From Elusimicrobiota bacterium (GTDB taxonomy: Bacteria; Elusimicrobiota; Elusimicrobia; F11), in contig JBGAON010000003.1 in assembly GCA_044221725.1 (NCBI GenBank), positions 320,001 through 384,000 of the forward strand: a stretch of DNA of 64,000 nucleotides. Direction: 5' to 3'. Made by a program: the position numbers and the translations under genes. This document shows, piece by piece, positions 59,389-64,000 of this stretch. Position 1 is the stretch's first letter. Each line of letters starts with the position of its first letter. Below the pieces are notes generated by a model. The model was not told the DNA's origin and did not search any database. It worked only from the letters and a program-made list of their open reading frames with translations.

Positions 59389-60849
59389 ATGAGAAAACAA
59401 TTGGCCATGTTTGCCATTGTTTCAGTAGTAGCGACCACTTCGACGTGGCCGCTCTTCGCGGTGGGGAACCTGCAGTTCGACGGGTCCCTGGAAGTAAGCG
59501 GTAACTCAGCAAATAACGAAAAAGATCTCGGTGGTGTGAAAACATCGAACACCGGATCGAACGATCACCGTGGCGTCACCACGACGCGGGTGCGGGTCGG
59601 AATGAATGCCGAGGTAACCGAAGGTGTGACGGGTCGCCTCGAACTCGTTCGCAACAACGGTTCGGCTGGTTCGCAGTCTCTCTATGGTGGCGCAGGAAAG
59701 CCATCGTCGGTGAGCAATGAAGAAAGCAACTTCCTATTCCATAATGCCTACGTGACTCTGCAAGATTTGTGGGGCATGGAAGCGCGCCTCGGTCGTCAAT
59801 ACACCGGTGAAGTTGGAGATGCCATCTGGCACATCGGTCCGAAAAGCGATGATGCGCTCGCCGTCAATTCCATCGATGGTCTTCAACTCCAATGCGCGAA
59901 GAAAGAACCTCGCGGTAATTTCTGGGACAAACTTCATGTCGTTTTGTTCACGGGTAAAGCAGCGGAAACCGCCACGTCCGTAGCACAGACCGATGCAACT
60001 TCCTCCGGTGATGTGAACCTCACCAACGTCGAAGCTATCTTGAGCGTGATCCCCGGTGGTCGCGTTCGGACAGCTGTGTTGATGGGTGATAAGTCCAACA
60101 CGAGTGGGGCGGGCGATAACGATCACCTGAAAATCTTCCGTTTGGGCGCCAATGGTGGTATTCATGAAAACATGTTCACCTACCGTGCGGAATACTTGAA
60201 AAACTTCGGTCAGCGCAACAACGGTGGCGCGACAAGCGACCTCAAATATAAAGGTAGCGCCATTGACTTGGGCGCCGGCTTCAACAGCGGTGACCTCAGC
60301 ATCGGTTCGATCGGCGTTGCTCTTAACTTCTTCCAGGCGTCGGGCGATGACAAAACAGCGAACGACAACGACGACAAATCCTTCCATGACTTCTCGCTTC
60401 TCGGCGTGAATACATCGGATCGTTACTTCGGCGAAATCTTCGGAAAAAGCAATGCGTTGGGTGGTGGTACACCTCTCGGACAGGGCGTGGACGGCGTGAA
60501 CAGCACGGCGCAATCGCAAGGTCTCCAGGTGTTCAACGTTGGTCTCGTCTACAAGCCGCATTTCTCGACGAAATCGCGTTTCGACCTTCAGTTCTACACG
60601 TTTTCCAGAGCGAAAGGCTCGGTTGATGGAACGGACCATGGCAAGAAATTCGGAAACGAATTTGACTTGACCTACGGTTACGACCACACGGAAAACGTTG
60701 GGCTCGAGCTCGGTTGGGCGATGTTGAATCCGGACGAAGCGCTGGATTACAACGTTGCACCGACGACAGGTTTGAATGCAACGCAGCAAGATGCCATCAA
60801 CAAAATTTTCGCCCGCGCGAAAATCAAGTTCGGTGGAGAGAAGAGCTAA
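59389..60849 (+). CDS. Outer-membrane porin (alginate export family-like)
   Basis: Signal peptide, RLGRQ, ASGDD, GNEFDL beta-barrel motifs; highly biased codon usage. Confidence 0.7.
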   Translation: MRKQLAMFAIVSVVATTSTWPLFAVGNLQFDGSLEVSGNSANNEKDLGGVKTSNTGSNDHRGVTTTRVRVGMNAEVTEGVTGRLELVRNNGSAGSQSLYGGAGKPSSVSNEESNFLFHNAYVTLQDLWGMEARLGRQYTGEVGDAIWHIGPKSDDALAVNSIDGLQLQCAKKEPRGNFWDKLHVVLFTGKAAETATSVAQTDATSSGDVNLTNVEAILSVIPGGRVRTAVLMGDKSNTSGAGDNDHLKIFRLGANGGIHENMFTYRAEYLKNFGQRNNGGATSDLKYKGSAIDLGAGFNSGDLSIGSIGVALNFFQASGDDKTANDNDDKSFHDFSLLGVNTSDRYFGEIFGKSNALGGGTPLGQGVDGVNSTAQSQGLQVFNVGLVYKPHFSTKSRFDLQFYTFSRAKGSVDGTDHGKKFGNEFDLTYGYDHTENVGLELGWAMLNPDEALDYNVAPTTGLNATQQDAINKIFARAKIKFGGEKS

Positions 60850-60869
60850 TCGAAAAAAAGTTTAAAACG

Positions 60870-60909
60870 GAAACCCCTCTCGCCTTCGGGTGAGAGGGGT
60901 TTCTTTTTT
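60870..60909 (+). terminator. Rho-independent terminator
   Basis: GAAACCCCTCTCGCC-TTCG-GGTGAGAGGGGTTTC followed by a T-tract. Confidence 0.9.
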
Positions 60910-60958
60910 CTTGCTGGACCACTGAGTCTCTGTTACAATCGATTTCTCGAAAAACGAC

Positions 60959-62311
60959 ATGAAAATAAAAAAAATCATTTTCCTTCTCGGTTTTTCCTGT
61001 TCAATTCCTTATCTTCACGCCACCAATCTTTCCATCGGCGCCGATTATCTGTTGCGCGGTGTTTCAACCCACGAGCGCGATAAAAATTTTAAGAACAGTG
61101 CCTACTACGATCAACGCCTGCAAGGTTATCTCACGACCGATTTAAGCCGCGACGTCGAAGCATCGATTCGGATTCAATCGATCACGCCATGGGGCCTCGA
61201 AGGCTCGTCCACGCCGCTCGTGACGCGTTATCCGAGCGCGAACGGAAATTTGTTTGTGCAAAACGCGTTTGCCCGCTTGCCACATCTATGGAAAGACAGA
61301 ATCATTCTCACGATCGGGCGCCAACCCATCCAGTGGGGCGACGGAAAAATTCTCTCGGATGATGAATTGGGATTCAATGCGATCCGGGCCCAATTAAAAT
61401 CGCCGTTTCGGCGTCTGCCGTTCGATTTGGAGGGCTTTACAGCGAAAATCAGTGAAAGCCTTAACCAACCCGGTGGCGATAAAGATTTGTACGGTTCGAT
61501 GCTGTCGTTTGACAGCAAAGCCTTTCGCTGGGATTTCATGGGGTTGTGGGAAAAATCGGATGGTTCGCAATCGTATCAAGTGGGCAGCTCCAGCACTCCA
61601 TTCGCCGCAACAAAAGTGGACCGAACCATTTATGGTGTGCGCGCGATCACGCGCCTCAAGGACGCCTATTTAAAAGGTGAATATTACATGCAGAGCGGTG
61701 AAGTGAAGCAGGGGGCAAATTCCCCGACCGTGAAACTGGGTGGCTCCGGATATGTGGTGGGGTTGGGGGGGAAACAAAACACCGAAAAATTTGGGCGTTT
61801 CGGAGCCGTTGCAGAAATCTGTTCCGGTTCCGGAGACAATGCGAACACGTCCGACAAGGACGAAGCATTCCGGCCAACGTTTGCGAGCCGTTGGTCCGGT
61901 TTGGAACGAAGCGGCTATGGCAATTATTTCGCGGCGACGTTTTCCGATGCTTATTCACCGACACAGCCCTTTGCGAATCCAGGAACCAACAACACGGGCC
62001 TTCCCGACGGAGCTTCCGGTATTCAAACCATTCATTTCGGAATTGATGCGACGCCGTGGTCGCAGTGGACATTTCTTTTTGATTACTACCAATACAAAGC
62101 CGACAAGAGCACAGCCGGGGACAAAGAGCTCGGTGTGGAGTTTGACTACGGATTCCTCTATCGATTCTCTGGTCTCGTCAGCGTGAAAGGAATGATGGCG
62201 TCATTTAAACCGGGCAAAGCTTTTGATGTAATCGATCCCACCACCAACAGCACCATCAGCACCAGTCAGAACGCAAGTCGCTCCAGTATCGAACTTCAGC
62301 TAAAGTTCTAG
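60959..62311 (+). CDS. Outer-membrane porin (alginate export family-like), paralogue
   Basis: TIGRQPIQWGDG, GSGD, LGVEFD, terminal LQLKF. Confidence 0.7.
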   Translation: MKIKKIIFLLGFSCSIPYLHATNLSIGADYLLRGVSTHERDKNFKNSAYYDQRLQGYLTTDLSRDVEASIRIQSITPWGLEGSSTPLVTRYPSANGNLFVQNAFARLPHLWKDRIILTIGRQPIQWGDGKILSDDELGFNAIRAQLKSPFRRLPFDLEGFTAKISESLNQPGGDKDLYGSMLSFDSKAFRWDFMGLWEKSDGSQSYQVGSSSTPFAATKVDRTIYGVRAITRLKDAYLKGEYYMQSGEVKQGANSPTVKLGGSGYVVGLGGKQNTEKFGRFGAVAEICSGSGDNANTSDKDEAFRPTFASRWSGLERSGYGNYFAATFSDAYSPTQPFANPGTNNTGLPDGASGIQTIHFGIDATPWSQWTFLFDYYQYKADKSTAGDKELGVEFDYGFLYRFSGLVSVKGMMASFKPGKAFDVIDPTTNSTISTSQNASRSSIELQLKF

Positions 62312-62313
62312 TC

Positions 62314-63225
62314 TCAGGCCCGCGGATGGGCCTTCTCGTAGGTCTTCTTCATTCTCTCGGTCGTCACATGCGTATAGATCTGTGTTGTTGAGAGATTTTT
62401 ATGGCCCAGCATCTCCTGCACGGTGCGCAAATCGCAGCCAGCGTCCACCATGTGCGTCGCGAACGTGTGTCGGACAACGTGCGGGCTAATCTTTCGACGA
62501 ATACCAGCCTTTAAGGCGGCCTGCTCAATTATTGTGTGCATCGCGCGCGTGCTGAGGCGTGATTTCGAGCGCAAGCTCGTGAAAACGGGGTTTTTCTGAG
62601 AAGTGGGGGATAAAACATCTTGTCCGCGCAGTTTTAGATAGTCGCGAAGAGCCTTCATTCCGATTGAACCAAGCGGCACGATACGTTGTTTGTTGCCTTT
62701 GCCAATAACAGAAACCGTTTTATTCCAAAAATCGATGTCTCCTATGCTTAATCCCGACGCTTCCGAAACCCGGATTCCACAGGAATAGACCAATTCAATC
62801 CAGGCTCGGTTCCGCAGCGCTGCTTCCTGATTCTTTACTTGGCAAATCGCGACAATCAGATGGGTCAGCTCATCTGTTGTCAGAAAATTGGGGATTTTCT
62901 GCTCTCTTCGTGGTGTGTGGAGGGTAGCAGCGGGGTTTTTAGCGATTTTCTCGGTCCTCATCAGGTATTTGAAGAACGACCGAATTGTTGCCAACTTTCG
63001 GATGAAGGAATTGGTCTTTAGGTTCTGTTCCTTGATCCTACCGAAATAAGCGCGAATGTCGGATTTGTCCAGTTCGATAACGCTCTTCATGGTCTTTCGG
63101 TCCAGGTATTTCGCGAAATCGGACAAGTCGGCTCGATACGCGCGAACGGTGGCCGGCGACATTCGCCTTTCTTGCAAGCTTTTCAAGAATTCTTCGATAA
63201 GTGCCACGTTTTGTTTCATTTTCAT
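62314..63225 (-). CDS. xerC: Tyrosine recombinase XerC/XerD family
   Basis: GIRVSE, GKGNKQR, HVVRHTFATH, LGH, TQIYTH. Confidence 0.88.
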   Translation of the reverse strand: MKMKQNVALIEEFLKSLQERRMSPATVRAYRADLSDFAKYLDRKTMKSVIELDKSDIRAYFGRIKEQNLKTNSFIRKLATIRSFFKYLMRTEKIAKNPAATLHTPRREQKIPNFLTTDELTHLIVAICQVKNQEAALRNRAWIELVYSCGIRVSEASGLSIGDIDFWNKTVSVIGKGNKQRIVPLGSIGMKALRDYLKLRGQDVLSPTSQKNPVFTSLRSKSRLSTRAMHTIIEQAALKAGIRRKISPHVVRHTFATHMVDAGCDLRTVQEMLGHKNLSTTQIYTHVTTERMKKTYEKAHPRA

Positions 63226-63282
63226 TTTTTGGGATTCGACGTTAACATTTGCACCAATTTCTACCAAATTTGGCCGAAGACA

Positions 63283-63310
63283 ACTTCTGATAATATATAT
63301 TATGTTCTAT
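63283..63310 (+). other. dif-like Xer recombination site
   Basis: ACTTCTGATAA-TATATA-TTATGTTCTAT, 11-6-11 architecture resembling the E. coli and B. subtilis dif sites. Confidence 0.75.
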
Positions 63311-63463
63311 ATATTGTGTGCGCGGCAAGGTTAAAATTCTGCATATAGATTGGTAGATTTTCTTTGAAAATAATTGCTGATCAGTATTAATTTGTTGTGC
63401 GCGAGGACTTGTATTGATTTTTTAATCTTGCGAATCGCGGCCAAAAAAATCCGTTGGCGCGAT

Positions 63464-63724
63464 TTAAGAACGATCTTTAACGAGAAGAGCTACACCGATT
63501 GTGGTGTAGCCGCCCAAGATTAGAAACGGGCTTAGATGGCTGGCCCAGTTGCTGCCCATCGGGTCTGCCAACGACAGAACAACGTACCCAATAATAAGGA
63601 TGCCGATCCCAAGTCCCACCAGTTTCCATCCCTTTTTGGATACCAAGAGAGGCGTTTTTACGATTTGATTTGGCGTGTTTTGGGGTATCCCGGGTACCCG
63701 GTTTTGCTTATTTTTCTTTGGCAT
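63464..63724 (-). CDS. Small two-TM membrane protein (DUF3098-like)
   Basis: GIGILIIGYVVL..LSPFLILGGY pattern. Confidence 0.6.
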   Translation of the reverse strand: MPKKNKQNRVPGIPQNTPNQIVKTPLLVSKKGWKLVGLGIGILIIGYVVLSLADPMGSNWASHLSPFLILGGYTTIGVALLVKDRS

Positions 63725-64000
63725 TTTGCGGTTTCTGGCAGTTGCGACATCGACCGAAGATTTCGTGTCGGTGAAAAATTGGAGTAAAGCCGAGTTCGCG
63801 ACAAGTCTTTTCCTGGATCCGTTCCACTTGTGGCCATTGAATTTCTTGGATTGCGCCACATTCCACGCAGATCAAATGATCGTGATGCGGCCGTTCGTAG
63901 TTAACCTCGTAGCGCGGTTTGCCGTTCGGTGCGTGCACGCGGTCGATAATTTTGCATTCCTCAAGCATTTTCAACGCTCGGAACACGGTTACCTTGCCGA
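63708..64000 (-). CDS. fur: Fur family transcriptional regulator (5' end outside window)
   Basis: TVFRAL, HHDHLICVECG, GRCRNC. Confidence 0.88.
   Translation of the reverse strand, partial: GKVTVFRALKMLEECKIIDRVHAPNGKPRYEVNYERPHHDHLICVECGAIQEIQWPQVERIQEKTCRELGFTPIFHRHEIFGRCRNCQKPQNAKEK

Noticed and set aside
59734..60789. 351 aa antisense ORF opposite the porin
   Set aside because: Same antisense shadow effect
62314..63225. Recombinase as the integrase of a mobile island
   Set aside because: Size and motifs fit chromosomal XerC, a dif-like site is adjacent, and the neighbours look like core genes

Overview
Bacterial chromosomal segment. The PorV/PorQ-TPR protein, T9SS-type C-terminal sorting domain, CHASE2 kinase, SWIB protein and alginate-export-type porins suggest a diderm such as Elusimicrobiota, but that is inference. 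Housekeeping genes (argF, maf, era, groES/EL, valS, lexA, apt, xerC, fur, tRNA-Pro, tRNA-Arg) surround a ~23 kb accessory island (9.5-32.8 kb) that looks like an expanded fee-type N-acyl-amino-acid lipid biosynthesis and export cluster. The island encodes two FeeM-like N-acyltransferases, a FeeG-like VAO/PCMH flavoprotein, FabF, a patatin, a frameshifted desaturase, two methyltransferases plus a pseudogene copy, a glycoside hydrolase-RRM-PP-loop-glycosyltransferase operon, LolA-like/ABC/DUF1302-like export parts and an embedded two-component system. Three island promoters share a precisely spaced triple direct repeat, a candidate OmpR-family regulon. Other observations: a candidate new LexA box, a dif-like site upstream of xerC, REP-like palindromes inserted in frame into proteins, a tRNA 3'-end duplication, a type III PKS trio, an Xre/RES toxin-antitoxin pair and many apparently leaderless promoters. 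All family calls come from motif recognition by eye; no searches were run.
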